A DNA stretch of 64,000 nt from an uncultured virus (IMG/VR IMGVR_UViG_3300032233_001072) (IMGVR_UViG_3300032233_001072:1-64000), one strand, 5' to 3'; positions 8,008 through 16,700 are shown, counted from the first letter of the stretch. Numbers and translations are program-made. Notes: generated by a model from the sequence alone, not told the origin.

Positions 8008-8502
8008 TTAGTACCCCCAATGGTGTAGCCCACCATTGTCGTACAGGTAACGTGCCACAGCGACGTTACAACGTGGTTTAAGCAACACGGACAAGTCGCC
8101 CATTTTACTGCGACATATCTTGGAAGTGACGGTTTGCCATGACGAGTTGATCTGCAAGATGCCACTGTCAAATGTGCCGTTACTATTCAATGTCCACACA
8201 ATTTTGCCGTTCCTCCAGCGAGCATTGACCACTTGACGTTGGCACTTTGACTCACGCCAAGCAAAGTAAGTGAAGAACTCAACAGGCAAACCAAACTCTT
8301 TAAAAAGCCCTTCCCATTGGGGACACCTATCTCCTTTGGCAATGTGGTTTTTAATCCACTGTGGAACTGGCGGGACTTTCTTGTCGGGTTTTGCTGGGGC
8401 AACAATTGTCGTATTCGTATTCATTTTTGCAAAAGTTGGGGTGGTGCTGGATACTGCCAACATCACTGACACAGCGATTGCGGAAAAAATGCGATACCTC
8501 AA
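8008..8502 (-). CDS. Secreted lysozyme-like/SLT transglycosylase
   Basis: AWRES and DSGILQIN motifs; signal peptide after TTG 8502 with AGGAG RBS. Confidence 0.8.
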   Translation of the reverse strand: MRYRIFSAIAVSVMLAVSSTTPTFAKMNTNTTIVAPAKPDKKVPPVPQWIKNHIAKGDRCPQWEGLFKEFGLPVEFFTYFAWRESKCQRQVVNARWRNGKIVWTLNSNGTFDSGILQINSSWQTVTSKICRSKMGDLSVLLKPRCNVAVARYLYDNGGLHHWGY

Positions 8503-8524
8503 TAGTGTTCTCCTTGATAGGGGA

Positions 8525-8570
8525 CAAAAGCAAACGCCATATACAATGCTCATGCGCTGTATATGGCGTT
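8525..8570 (-). terminator. 13-bp inverted repeat (terminator or 5' stem)
   Basis: AACGCCATATACA/TGTATATGGCGTT followed by TGCTTTT on the - strand. Confidence 0.6.
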
Positions 8571-8585
8571 ACTTATAGTTTACCT

Positions 8586-8996
8586 CTAATTTGCCGAAAG
8601 CAACCTGTATTTCAACATCTCTAAATCCCCCAAGGACTCAGTCATCTTGGGAATCAAGTTAATATTTATTTTATCGTTGTCTTTCGCCTCAGAAACTAAA
8701 CAATCTGTGCACCGACAACCCTGTCGGTAACGTGTCCATGTTCCATGCGGTTTAAAGACTGTGGGACGAGGTGTCGGGGATGTAAGCGCAGTGCGCTCCT
8801 GTGGTGTCAACCCACCCCACATGCCCCATCGTTCCTCTATGCCGTCGTCCAAGCAAGTCACCCATACTGGACAGCGTTTGCAGACTTCTCTAGCGATGCT
8901 GTAGTACCGCTCAGGCACGTCCGCATCTAAAGGAGGGAACCACAGGTCAATGTGTAGACGTTTGCAGAGAGCGTCATCTCTGTAGGTCTCAGTCAT
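8586..8996 (-). CDS. whiB: WhiB-family factor with an extra C-terminal Cys/His module
   Basis: ALC..WFP..CKRCPVWVTC..GMWGGLTPQER, then HGT..RY..GCRCTDC. Confidence 0.92.
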   Translation of the reverse strand: MTETYRDDALCKRLHIDLWFPPLDADVPERYYSIAREVCKRCPVWVTCLDDGIEERWGMWGGLTPQERTALTSPTPRPTVFKPHGTWTRYRQGCRCTDCLVSEAKDNDKININLIPKMTESLGDLEMLKYRLLSAN

Positions 8997-9406
8997 GATT
9001 CGCTGGGTGGCAAGTCTTCAGCGACAGATTCTCGCAGTCCACGAGAAATCTGATCAATCGCATCTTGCAGAATGTCAATGACATCTGTGCGCTGGCGATT
9101 GAGGTCTCTAGACAACCTTGCCACTTCTTGTGACATACGGTCATAGTCCCGCATAAAAGTAAGAAGGGCTTCCCAACCTGTAAACGCTACTTCAGGTATG
9201 CCCATCTTTGTCTTCTCGGCAAACTGGTTAATGTTTAGAACTGGGCGCTCAAACAATAGGTTCGGGGCAGTATCCAAGATGTGCTCTAAACGCTGTTTCT
9301 CTGTACTCATAGAGATATTGGGAGATTCAGGTGGAGGCATCAAAGGATATTGTTTTGCATGCTTCAACGCTCGGTTAATTGCATTAGTCATTTCATCAAA
9401 GTCCAT
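8993..9406 (-). CDS. Hypothetical protein
   Basis: TAATG/ATGA-coupled ORF with a coiled-coil C-terminus. Confidence 0.7.
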   Translation of the reverse strand: MDFDEMTNAINRALKHAKQYPLMPPPESPNISMSTEKQRLEHILDTAPNLLFERPVLNINQFAEKTKMGIPEVAFTGWEALLTFMRDYDRMSQEVARLSRDLNRQRTDVIDILQDAIDQISRGLRESVAEDLPPSES

Positions 9407-9747
9407 TAGGAGATAAAACCTTCCCACTCATCAGCGATGCCTTCACGCTCTACACAGTCCCAGCCACAAGAGGCATACCCAATTGCGTCCACCCAGTGGT
9501 CACGCTTCTCGGGAGACCATGTCAACCGAGACACCTTGAGAAGGAGCATCATGGAAGCAACGTCATGAGGTTGCAACTTGGTGCTTTCCCGACGGGCAAC
9601 AATGCGACGAATGTACGTTGTCCATAACTCCGCCGTTGTACGGAAGTCGTCAATCGGATCACCGTAAGTGTCGTTGCGGTCACCATTGACCAATGCCTCA
9701 GCCTCTCTCAGAACATCAGAACGATTGTTGAGGGGTTTTGAACTCAT
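9406..9747 (-). CDS. DUF6378-like protein
   Basis: EAEALVNGDRNDTYGDP..F...AELW, MMLLLKVSR, DHWVDAIGYA. Confidence 0.8.
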   Translation of the reverse strand: MSSKPLNNRSDVLREAEALVNGDRNDTYGDPIDDFRTTAELWTTYIRRIVARRESTKLQPHDVASMMLLLKVSRLTWSPEKRDHWVDAIGYASCGWDCVEREGIADEWEGFIS

Positions 9748-10313
9748 GCCATCTCCTTGTTGTAAAGATCTATAAGACGGGCGAACCCCATCAAAGTTTG
9801 TACTCGTACGCAGTCAACGTCCTTATTCCACGATTGGTCGTAGACCACGGGAACGACGTTGGAGCACTCTTGTAAGCGCTGGATGTTGCTCGGGCTGTCC
9901 TCCAGCATGAAACCTACGGAGTCTTCGCCAACGAGATACGAGAAAATTGTCTTGTCTTCGGTAAAATGCAAACCATCTGCTTGGATCATCCAATGGTCAA
10001 GCCACCAAGTGGTGTCTGCCCATGCTTGGGATGGACGTGCCGTGATGATGTGCACTTTGATGCCCATCTCTCTGATTACTTTCAAAGATGCATGGGTACC
10101 AATAGGTGGCTCACCGTGCAGGAAGACACCAGCATGGGATGCCTCAATCAGCAGGGCGCTGTACTCTTCAAAAGACAGCCCCCAGTCCTCGTAGAAGTGC
10201 CAGTGGGTAGGCATTGAAAGCGGGGTGTTTAAAGCCTTGGAACAAAACTTGTAAAACTCTTTGTCAAAAGGATAGATAACCCCGTCAAGGTCAAGGGCAA
10301 TATCAGTAATCAT
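9744..10313 (-). CDS. HAD 5'(3')-deoxyribonucleotidase (NT5C-like)
   Basis: DLDGV, IITAR, EDSPSN, QSWN. Confidence 0.85.
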   Translation of the reverse strand: MITDIALDLDGVIYPFDKEFYKFCSKALNTPLSMPTHWHFYEDWGLSFEEYSALLIEASHAGVFLHGEPPIGTHASLKVIREMGIKVHIITARPSQAWADTTWWLDHWMIQADGLHFTEDKTIFSYLVGEDSVGFMLEDSPSNIQRLQECSNVVPVVYDQSWNKDVDCVRVQTLMGFARLIDLYNKEMA

Positions 10314-10341
10314 GTTGTCTCCGTACGTCGTATTTACGGGA

Positions 10342-10371
10342 AGAATACTACCTAGCGGTAGGCTGTGTCAA
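10342..10371 (-). promoter_or_regulatory. Sigma-70-type promoter
   Basis: TTGACA-N18-TATTCT. Confidence 0.65.
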
Positions 10372-11807
10372 CCTTCGTCGGCGTCAATGATTTCGGAGTA
10401 CATTGCATTCGTAGCGTCAGGGCTTAAGCCACCCCCCGGCAATTGCCGTGCAGTCTCTCCCGCTTTAGTGCCAAACAAACGTGACAGCACACCTGCACCA
10501 CCTCGGGCTTCCACTTCTAAACGCACCATCTCACGATTGTCAGAGATGTTTTTAAACTTGTCTACAAGATTAAATACACGATCCATTTCTTGCGACAAGG
10601 TTGGGTCAAGACCCTGTCCTTCTAGTTCTTCAGCAAACCTAGCGAACATCACACGACCTACTTGCATCTCAATTAATGCTCGCATAGCAGACTGAAGTTG
10701 GTCTTTTGTGCGGATCTCTATAGGAAGTTTGTACGCACATTCCATATGTTCTTGAAATGCAGGGCATCTATTGCTCAAATAGCAACTATCGCACTGTCTC
10801 AAAGGGTTGGCGTTGTACCTTAAAACGGGGATCGTTTCAGGGTTCACAACAATAGATTCCCCTTCATTATCAACGGTTTGCGACCCCATGGACACAACCT
10901 CTTCTACCCCCATAACGGGTAGTAAGATACGGTCAATACCGTGCCGCTTATTTGGTACCCCGATAGTAAGATTTGACCCCTGAGAAACCGCAGAAGTGAG
11001 GGGTGCCGTTCTATGGTTGATAGCAACTATTTGCCCATCTGTGGACTGCTCTGACTCGTCGTCACTGTCATCATTCATAAGGTCATAGCCCCCAAAAGTA
11101 TGTGTTTCCCATTGTTGCCAAGAACGTATAGCAAGCGTACCTACAGCGTCTACATCGTCTGCCAAGACAGCGTCGTAATCAACGCCTAAGCGCACAATGT
11201 CAGCACGGTGTTTACGACGTGAACTCTCTTTTTGCTGTGCTGGGTACCGACGTAAACCGTGGTTGTCCCACACTTGTGTTTCCCCATATCGGATGGCGCT
11301 TGTCCATGAGCCGACTACAGCAGAATCCCAATTTACTTTTTCTATTAGGTCGGGCTTGCTGGTGATTCCGATGAGACTTGCTCCCCATCGTTGAGCCAAG
11401 GAGTTGATTCGGTGGATGTTCTTCGGCGTGATCGCTTTGTCACTGATGGCTGAGCGTCCGTACCGCTGGCAAATCCACGCCAGTCTTTCCAAATCCTTTT
11501 CGTCGTTCCATATGGGAACATAGCGGTCTCCTAACCATGTGCCGTCATACTCTGCCCGCCCAATAACTACCGACAAACTGTCAGCGTGATCACGTATAAA
11601 AGAGTCATAGCGGTCGGTGTCTTCGTCGCCTTCAGAAGTGTATAGAAGGATCTCTCCTCCATTAAATAGAGTTTGTAGGTCTAACTCTTTTCTTTTGGGG
11701 ATGGGAAAATGAGTCAGGTTTACACCGAAACGTGTCACCCCATTAGCGAGCAACATGTTTCGGTATGACCCTTTTTCGGCACCGCCAAAAAAGACCTTCA
11801 CTCCCAT
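10368..11807 (-). CDS. Degenerate TGT/DpdA-like barrel fused to a C-terminal Cys-rich/helical domain
   Basis: YVPIWN and IGITSKPD..WDSAVVGSWTSAIRYG resemble TGT-like motifs; CDSC..C..C cluster. Confidence 0.5.
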   Translation of the reverse strand: MGVKVFFGGAEKGSYRNMLLANGVTRFGVNLTHFPIPKRKELDLQTLFNGGEILLYTSEGDEDTDRYDSFIRDHADSLSVVIGRAEYDGTWLGDRYVPIWNDEKDLERLAWICQRYGRSAISDKAITPKNIHRINSLAQRWGASLIGITSKPDLIEKVNWDSAVVGSWTSAIRYGETQVWDNHGLRRYPAQQKESSRRKHRADIVRLGVDYDAVLADDVDAVGTLAIRSWQQWETHTFGGYDLMNDDSDDESEQSTDGQIVAINHRTAPLTSAVSQGSNLTIGVPNKRHGIDRILLPVMGVEEVVSMGSQTVDNEGESIVVNPETIPVLRYNANPLRQCDSCYLSNRCPAFQEHMECAYKLPIEIRTKDQLQSAMRALIEMQVGRVMFARFAEELEGQGLDPTLSQEMDRVFNLVDKFKNISDNREMVRLEVEARGGAGVLSRLFGTKAGETARQLPGGGLSPDATNAMYSEIIDADEG

Positions 11808-12064
11808 CCACTCCTACGCCACAACGATGGGCTGTGTGCACTCTCCACCATCAGACGTTCACCGATGTCGTGGTACAAGCGGAGCATCTCTACGCACAAA
11901 TCGTCGCCCTGTTCAAAGGCTTCTTCTTCCTCGGCTGTCCAAGGTTCCCCGTCATGGGTGGCACATACAGGTGGTCCACAGTAACTGTTTTCCATCCCGT
12001 ATTGAATCCACTCGGTATATGACATTGTAATTTTCTTATCTTCAGATGACATCTCTTGGGTCAC
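11798..12064 (-). CDS. Hypothetical acidic protein
   Basis: ORF packed in the operon; C...C.THDG.P. Confidence 0.7.
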   Translation of the reverse strand: MTQEMSSEDKKITMSYTEWIQYGMENSYCGPPVCATHDGEPWTAEEEEAFEQGDDLCVEMLRLYHDIGERLMVESAHSPSLWRRSGWE

Positions 12065-12527
12065 TCCAGTTCTTTTCTGCTCTTGCTAGTGTCTGTGATT
12101 CAATCTCCTGAACTAGCGTATCCCAACCTTTGACCTGACGTTTTGTGTCCCACTCAGGGCGGACGGTATGCGGGATAGTAACAAGCAGGGTAGATATCCC
12201 ACTCCTGACCACTCCTGCTACTGCCTCGGGGTCTGCGTCAATGTACCAATCAATCTTTCCGTAGACAGCATTTAATGACAAGACACGGTCAATCTTGGAC
12301 TGGGAGTCCGTATCTTCAATGATGTCAATCGTAGAGGCTTTAAAACCCTCCCGTTTGAGCCATTCTATGAATACGGGAGTGTTAGCAATTCCGGTGCCTA
12401 GAACGGCTATACGCCCATTGTAGGTCGTTACAAAGGAGTTCCATAAACGACGCCCCTCAGGGATGGGTTGACGTGCCCCTAACTCTTTATTTGGCGCTGC
12501 TAAAACGTCAAAAGAGAAAAGGATCAC
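12042..12527 (-). CDS. Hypothetical protein, possibly degenerate HAD fold
   Basis: ILFSFDVL start and YIDADP. Confidence 0.65.
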   Translation of the reverse strand: MILFSFDVLAAPNKELGARQPIPEGRRLWNSFVTTYNGRIAVLGTGIANTPVFIEWLKREGFKASTIDIIEDTDSQSKIDRVLSLNAVYGKIDWYIDADPEAVAGVVRSGISTLLVTIPHTVRPEWDTKRQVKGWDTLVQEIESQTLARAEKNWSDPRDVI

Positions 12528-12991
12528 TAGTCGTACATCCCTTTTTCAACACGAACACGGTGGGTGTAGTACTCAGCAACAGGGCAGTACATGCACACAT
12601 ATTGACGAGCCTCTTTAGGTATGCCCACTTTTCGTCCAATCGTTTTGTCTTCTGAGCACCAGTCAATACAACCTTGTTTAGGACGGTTGTGGCGATTGAA
12701 ACACTTGAGAGCGTCTACCTTTAGTTCGTCACGAAAATCTCGGATGTAAACATCCTGTTCTTTAAGTTCCTTTTTGATGGCTGTCTCAACGTCAAGTTTT
12801 GAGGCAGTATCAGGGTCTGTGCGGTAGATAAGCGCTCTACAGTTGTCAGGGTCAGGAATCTGTGCGTTGTGGCGGTCACAGAGTTCACGTAGTTCCATGT
12901 CGTACTCAGGAGGTCCATCATATGGACGCATCTTGTACATCACTCCGTGCGTTTTGCATACCAAAAGACGTTCATACGCTATGTCAGCCAT
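12527..12991 (-). CDS. Cys/His-rich (Zn-binding) hypothetical protein
   Basis: CKTH, CDRH, CFNRH, CIDWC, CMYC; AGGAG RBS. Confidence 0.8.
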   Translation of the reverse strand: MADIAYERLLVCKTHGVMYKMRPYDGPPEYDMELRELCDRHNAQIPDPDNCRALIYRTDPDTASKLDVETAIKKELKEQDVYIRDFRDELKVDALKCFNRHNRPKQGCIDWCSEDKTIGRKVGIPKEARQYVCMYCPVAEYYTHRVRVEKGMYD

Positions 12992-13039
12992 CTTGTACTC
13001 CTTATTTTATTAATTGAATTAAAAACTTAATTGTGTCTT

Positions 13040-13240
13040 TTAGTGAAACAAACCAGTGTTGGCGTAAGCCGTATTAACTTTGTCAACCACATTGTATTGT
13101 GGCTGGAGTTGGGTGCGACGAATCTGTACGTTATTCACGTCTACCTCACCACCACGGTCAGGGGTGAGCGACTTGTGTGAGCCATCGCAGGCTCCCAAAC
13201 GAAGATCCATGTTCATTGAGCGAGAATCATTAACTGCCAT
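13040..13240 (-). CDS. Small hypothetical protein
   Basis: 66-aa ORF with RBS. Confidence 0.7.
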   Translation of the reverse strand: MAVNDSRSMNMDLRLGACDGSHKSLTPDRGGEVDVNNVQIRRTQLQPQYNVVDKVNTAYANTGLFH

Positions 13241-13252
13241 ACATTAATCCTA

Positions 13253-13957
13253 TCATGTCCAGCCTGAAGAGGGTCGTGACCATGAGCGGTTCATGGTACG
13301 AGACTTTGCAGGAGAAGAAGCGGGGCGAGCGGGGGTCCAAGGGGTAGGTGCCTGAGGTGGGTACATCTTGCCTAAGTTAGCGTTGATGCTCGCAGGGGAA
13401 CCTTTACCAACAAACGGAAGTGGAGCGGGCGCTGGGGCGGGGGCGGGCTTAGGAAACATCTTTGTTAAGTTAGCGTTGATTGCCCCCGGAGTTCCTGTAG
13501 AACTCCAAGGCGTAGACGTGGGGGTAGCCGTTCCGTACCCATATGCATTTGCGTACTGATTGGCTAGTTGGTTGGACTGCGACGCTTTAGAACCTTGCTG
13601 ATAGGCACCTTGCCACATGTCTACGCCTTTGTTGTATGCCTCGGTTTGTTGAGTGTTGTAATTTTGGTATTGCTTAAAAAGGTCTGCGCCTTGTGAGCCA
13701 ATGGCACGTCCCATCGTGGCGACGCCACCTTCACTACCTGCGCCATATCCTCGGTATTCTCCACCTCGCCAAACTTGACCGATACCGATGGAAGGCGGAT
13801 GGTAACCGCCTCCACCTCCACCGCCCATGCGCCCAGCAGAAGGGATACGCCCTTGTGCTGTCCACCTGTTGCGTCGGTTTTCCGCAAAATAGAGTTCACT
13901 GTTAACTTTGTCTGCAAACACAGCCCCCGTTGATGCACCATCCCATGTACCTGCCAT
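13253..13957 (-). CDS. Low-complexity G/P/S/Q-rich protein
   Basis: TAATG coupling; poly-G, PAPAPAP, and INANLxKM twice. Confidence 0.75.
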   Translation of the reverse strand: MAGTWDGASTGAVFADKVNSELYFAENRRNRWTAQGRIPSAGRMGGGGGGGYHPPSIGIGQVWRGGEYRGYGAGSEGGVATMGRAIGSQGADLFKQYQNYNTQQTEAYNKGVDMWQGAYQQGSKASQSNQLANQYANAYGYGTATPTSTPWSSTGTPGAINANLTKMFPKPAPAPAPAPLPFVGKGSPASINANLGKMYPPQAPTPWTPARPASSPAKSRTMNRSWSRPSSGWT

Positions 13958-14265
13958 TACATACCTAAACTTTGCATTGAGTAGCGACTAGAACCGCTAA
14001 ATGAAGGGTCTACAAAACCATTACGGAACATCACAGGAGCACCCGACAACCATGAACGGTTTGTAGGGAAGTTGCGATCAATGTTTAAAACATCCATAAT
14101 CCCCAAAGACTGCTTAACCATACCCCTTGAGTTTGTAAACAATTGTTGTGGCACTGCGGGGCGAATCTTCCTGATCGTGTCAGGGTCAGAGATAGCCGAC
14201 TGCAATGCTTGGTCAACAAGCGTTTCAGAACGTGACTGGTTGGGCTTATAGGGATACTGAGGCAT
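13957..14265 (-). CDS. Hypothetical protein
   Basis: TAATG coupling at both ends. Confidence 0.75.
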   Translation of the reverse strand: MPQYPYKPNQSRSETLVDQALQSAISDPDTIRKIRPAVPQQLFTNSRGMVKQSLGIMDVLNIDRNFPTNRSWLSGAPVMFRNGFVDPSFSGSSRYSMQSLGM

Positions 14266-14537
14266 TATTTATTTTTGTTCCAAACAAGCCCATTTTCTGG
14301 GTCTTCTACGGGGCGGATGTGGCGAACATCGCTAGTTGGTACATGATATTGGTTACCAACGATCCCACCCCAACTGCCACCTCCAGTATCATGGGCTTGC
14401 ATTGAGTCTGTAGAATCTCCACCAGTGCTTTCAGCACTGAACATATGGGTGCGCCCAACACTTCCCATGTATGTGCCTACATGCTCCCTACCAACTTTAC
14501 GGTTTGGATGGTGTGCAGTGTTTTCTCCGTTAGCCAT
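14265..14537 (-). CDS. HPNR-leader protein 3
   Basis: Begins MANGENTAHHPNRKV. Confidence 0.8.
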   Translation of the reverse strand: MANGENTAHHPNRKVGREHVGTYMGSVGRTHMFSAESTGGDSTDSMQAHDTGGGSWGGIVGNQYHVPTSDVRHIRPVEDPENGLVWNKNK

Positions 14538-14539
14538 AA

Positions 14540-14767
14540 TTATTCCTTATCTTTCTTTAAATTACTTCTAAACACAGGGTGGTCTGAAGGTAGATCTTTA
14601 AGTTTCATAATGTCAATAGGTTCGTCAATGCCTTCAACTTTTTCAGGCAACATTCCTATTGATGAAAGGAATGCAGGGTGGTTTTGCATAGGGTGTCCAA
14701 AGTTAGCGTAGACAACATTGTCTACACGCCTATTTGGATGACGGGAAGTGTCTTCACCTTTTGCCAT
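14540..14767 (-). CDS. HPNR-leader protein 2
   Basis: Begins MAKGEDTSRHPNRRV. Confidence 0.8.
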   Translation of the reverse strand: MAKGEDTSRHPNRRVDNVVYANFGHPMQNHPAFLSSIGMLPEKVEGIDEPIDIMKLKDLPSDHPVFRSNLKKDKE

Positions 14768-14769
14768 GA

Positions 14770-15144
14770 CTACCCTTTATATTTCTCGGGAGGTGTTGAA
14801 GCAAACTTTGTACGCACTGCTTTTGCAGTGTCCATTAAAGAGCCAGATTCTCTTATTGATGCTGCTTTTGCAGGATGCATTTTTGTGTATTCTGTAACTC
14901 TTTTAAACCCAGCACGATCAAGAGCAGTTCCAATGCCTTCAACGACATGACTACTATCTGCAAGACCACTAGCAGGATCTACCCCTTTTGTACCGTAACG
15001 ATTTACGGCAGATTGTAATCCTTGCGCTAACGCAGTACCCCATTCTGCACTAGTGCGGGTACTGGGGACCATAGGAATAATCCCTCGCATAGGGACAACA
15101 GGGCGACGATTTGGGTGGTCACGAGTGTCTTCTCCGTTAGCCAT
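14770..15144 (-). CDS. HPNR-leader protein 1
   Basis: Begins MANGEDTRDHPNRRP. Confidence 0.8.
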   Translation of the reverse strand: MANGEDTRDHPNRRPVVPMRGIIPMVPSTRTSAEWGTALAQGLQSAVNRYGTKGVDPASGLADSSHVVEGIGTALDRAGFKRVTEYTKMHPAKAASIRESGSLMDTAKAVRTKFASTPPEKYKG

Positions 15145-15169
15145 AATTAGTCCTTATCTCTTTAGATAC

Positions 15170-15178
15170 ATTTTACCA
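15170..15178 (-). promoter_or_regulatory. Extended -10 promoter for the HPNR-leader genes
   Basis: TGG-TAAAAT in the intergenic gap. Confidence 0.6.
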
Positions 15179-15179
15179 T

Positions 15180-15677
15180 TTAGCGCCAACGAGGGGCGAG
15201 AGACTTCAACATAGAACGACGCTCCATGCTAATTTCTTGAGCGTCTTTTCGGCTCATGTCTCGGGAAATCCCTCGGGGACCGACTTTGCCGTCATTAGTG
15301 AGGCGGACAGGTTCGGCACCTACTGGAGCAAACTTCTTACCTTTTGCTTCCATCTCTAAAGCAGTGAAAAGGTTGAATTCATCAGGCCAAATATAATCAC
15401 TCTGATTAATCCTTTCACCTTTGTGAACACCACGGCTGTACTGCCGAGCGTTCATACGGCTTAAAGAACCAAGGATTTTGTCTTGGCGTCGGTTAGCCGA
15501 CATAGTGCCAAGGTAACCATCAGGGTAGTTAGTGTCAGGCTGTGAACGGTACCCCGACAACTGGGAGTCTTTGGCGTTACGGAAAACTGGGGCAGGACCG
15601 TAAGCAACCGCCGAACCAGCCCCCGGGGCTTCTGAAGGGCTACTCCAAGAAGTAAATGTAGGGGTTTGCTGTGCCAT
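15180..15677 (-). CDS. Hypothetical protein (possible virion protein)
   Basis: 165-aa coupled ORF; YPDGYLGT, Y.RGVHKGERI. Confidence 0.8.
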   Translation of the reverse strand: MAQQTPTFTSWSSPSEAPGAGSAVAYGPAPVFRNAKDSQLSGYRSQPDTNYPDGYLGTMSANRRQDKILGSLSRMNARQYSRGVHKGERINQSDYIWPDEFNLFTALEMEAKGKKFAPVGAEPVRLTNDGKVGPRGISRDMSRKDAQEISMERRSMLKSLAPRWR

Positions 15678-15841
15678 TAGATGTTTACTTGTCCAATACC
15701 GCTAGGTGAGAAACCACCAATGGCGGAAGCACCAGTTGGCTCAATAGGGCGAATATGGTAACGAGCACCGCCACGCTCCCCCATCAAACGATTAGGGGTA
15801 CGCATTGTTACTGCGGGCTGTACTTTCTTCTTTTTAGCCAT
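15677..15841 (-). CDS. 54-aa basic protein (absent from ORF track)
   Basis: MAKKKKVQPAVTMRTPNRL...GQVNI; TAATG overlaps at both ends fill the gap exactly. Confidence 0.75.
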   Translation of the reverse strand: MAKKKKVQPAVTMRTPNRLMGERGGARYHIRPIEPTGASAIGGFSPSGIGQVNI

Positions 15842-16365
15842 TACCCGCCAAATTCGTCATCTCGGTGCAAGTTGCCACTCCATGTAGGCTTTTCCCATTT
15901 ATGTGACATACGTTGACCTGAACTATAATCAACTCCTCCAAAGAAACTTGCCGTTCCCGCTTCTTCATCATGGTGAAAACTTGCATCGGATACGGAATAT
16001 TGTGGTTTATGGTCATCACTGTAGGTTGTTACGTCATGGCGACCTTCTTTACCTGCGGTAGGGGTTGTCCTAATGTACCCACCACCTTTTAGTAGGTAGC
16101 GCCCACGACCTGACGGTGCAGAAGCAGCACCAGATTGTGGAGACATAGTTTCTTTAGAAAAGTTGCCATCTGTTATACGATGAGTATACAAATCAGATGG
16201 GAACTCATGCTTTGTAGGCCGATTTGAAGATGCGTCCCTAACCCACTCGTCAGCACCATTGTCGGCAGGTTGGGATGGTGCGCCATCACCTGCGTAAGGA
16301 TAATCATTACGTCCTGAATAATGGTTTGAACCTGCACCGCCACGAATTTTGTTAAAAATGCCCAT
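15841..16365 (-). CDS. Hypothetical G/S-rich protein
   Basis: 174-aa ORF with GAGG RBS. Confidence 0.75.
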   Translation of the reverse strand: MGIFNKIRGGAGSNHYSGRNDYPYAGDGAPSQPADNGADEWVRDASSNRPTKHEFPSDLYTHRITDGNFSKETMSPQSGAASAPSGRGRYLLKGGGYIRTTPTAGKEGRHDVTTYSDDHKPQYSVSDASFHHDEEAGTASFFGGVDYSSGQRMSHKWEKPTWSGNLHRDDEFGG

Positions 16366-16367
16366 GA

Positions 16368-16658
16368 TTACCTCTGTACTGGTTTGAATGAAATGGCAGA
16401 AATAGTTTCGCCATTATCACCTTGAATATCGTCAAAACCAATTATAAACGATAAATCAATACCTCGTGGTGCTACAAAACCACGAGCAATTGCTGCCGCT
16501 TTTGCGGCTTGGTTGACGGCAGATGCACCGATAGCCCGCATCTTTGGGGTGTGCCCTGCGTTGACTGAGCGGGCAAGAATAGACCCTACACTTTGGGGGT
16601 TGCTAGAACCTGATACTTTGATCACGTCCTCAACGATTGAATGCAGTTCTTGAGACAT
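16368..16658 (-). CDS. spoVS: SpoVS-family (Alba-like) protein
   Basis: KVSGSSNPQSV and AIGASAVNQAAKAAAIARGFVAPRGIDL match the SpoVS signature. Confidence 0.92.
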   Translation of the reverse strand: MSQELHSIVEDVIKVSGSSNPQSVGSILARSVNAGHTPKMRAIGASAVNQAAKAAAIARGFVAPRGIDLSFIIGFDDIQGDNGETISAISFKPVQR

Positions 16659-16700
16659 AAGTTACTCCTAGTAAAACAAAGATTGTGTTGCCCTTGTATT

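Larger units (their letters stand above)
14517..15159. repeat. 36-bp direct repeat covering RBS and leader codons (14517-14552 and 15124-15159)
   Basis: 34/36 identical: AGATAAGGA(A/C)TAATTATGGCTAACGGAGAA(A/G)ACACT on the - strand. Confidence 0.9.

Noticed and set aside
9406-12527. Z-base or 7-deazaguanine DNA modification pathway
   Set aside because: No purZ, folE or queC/D/E is recognisable in the window.
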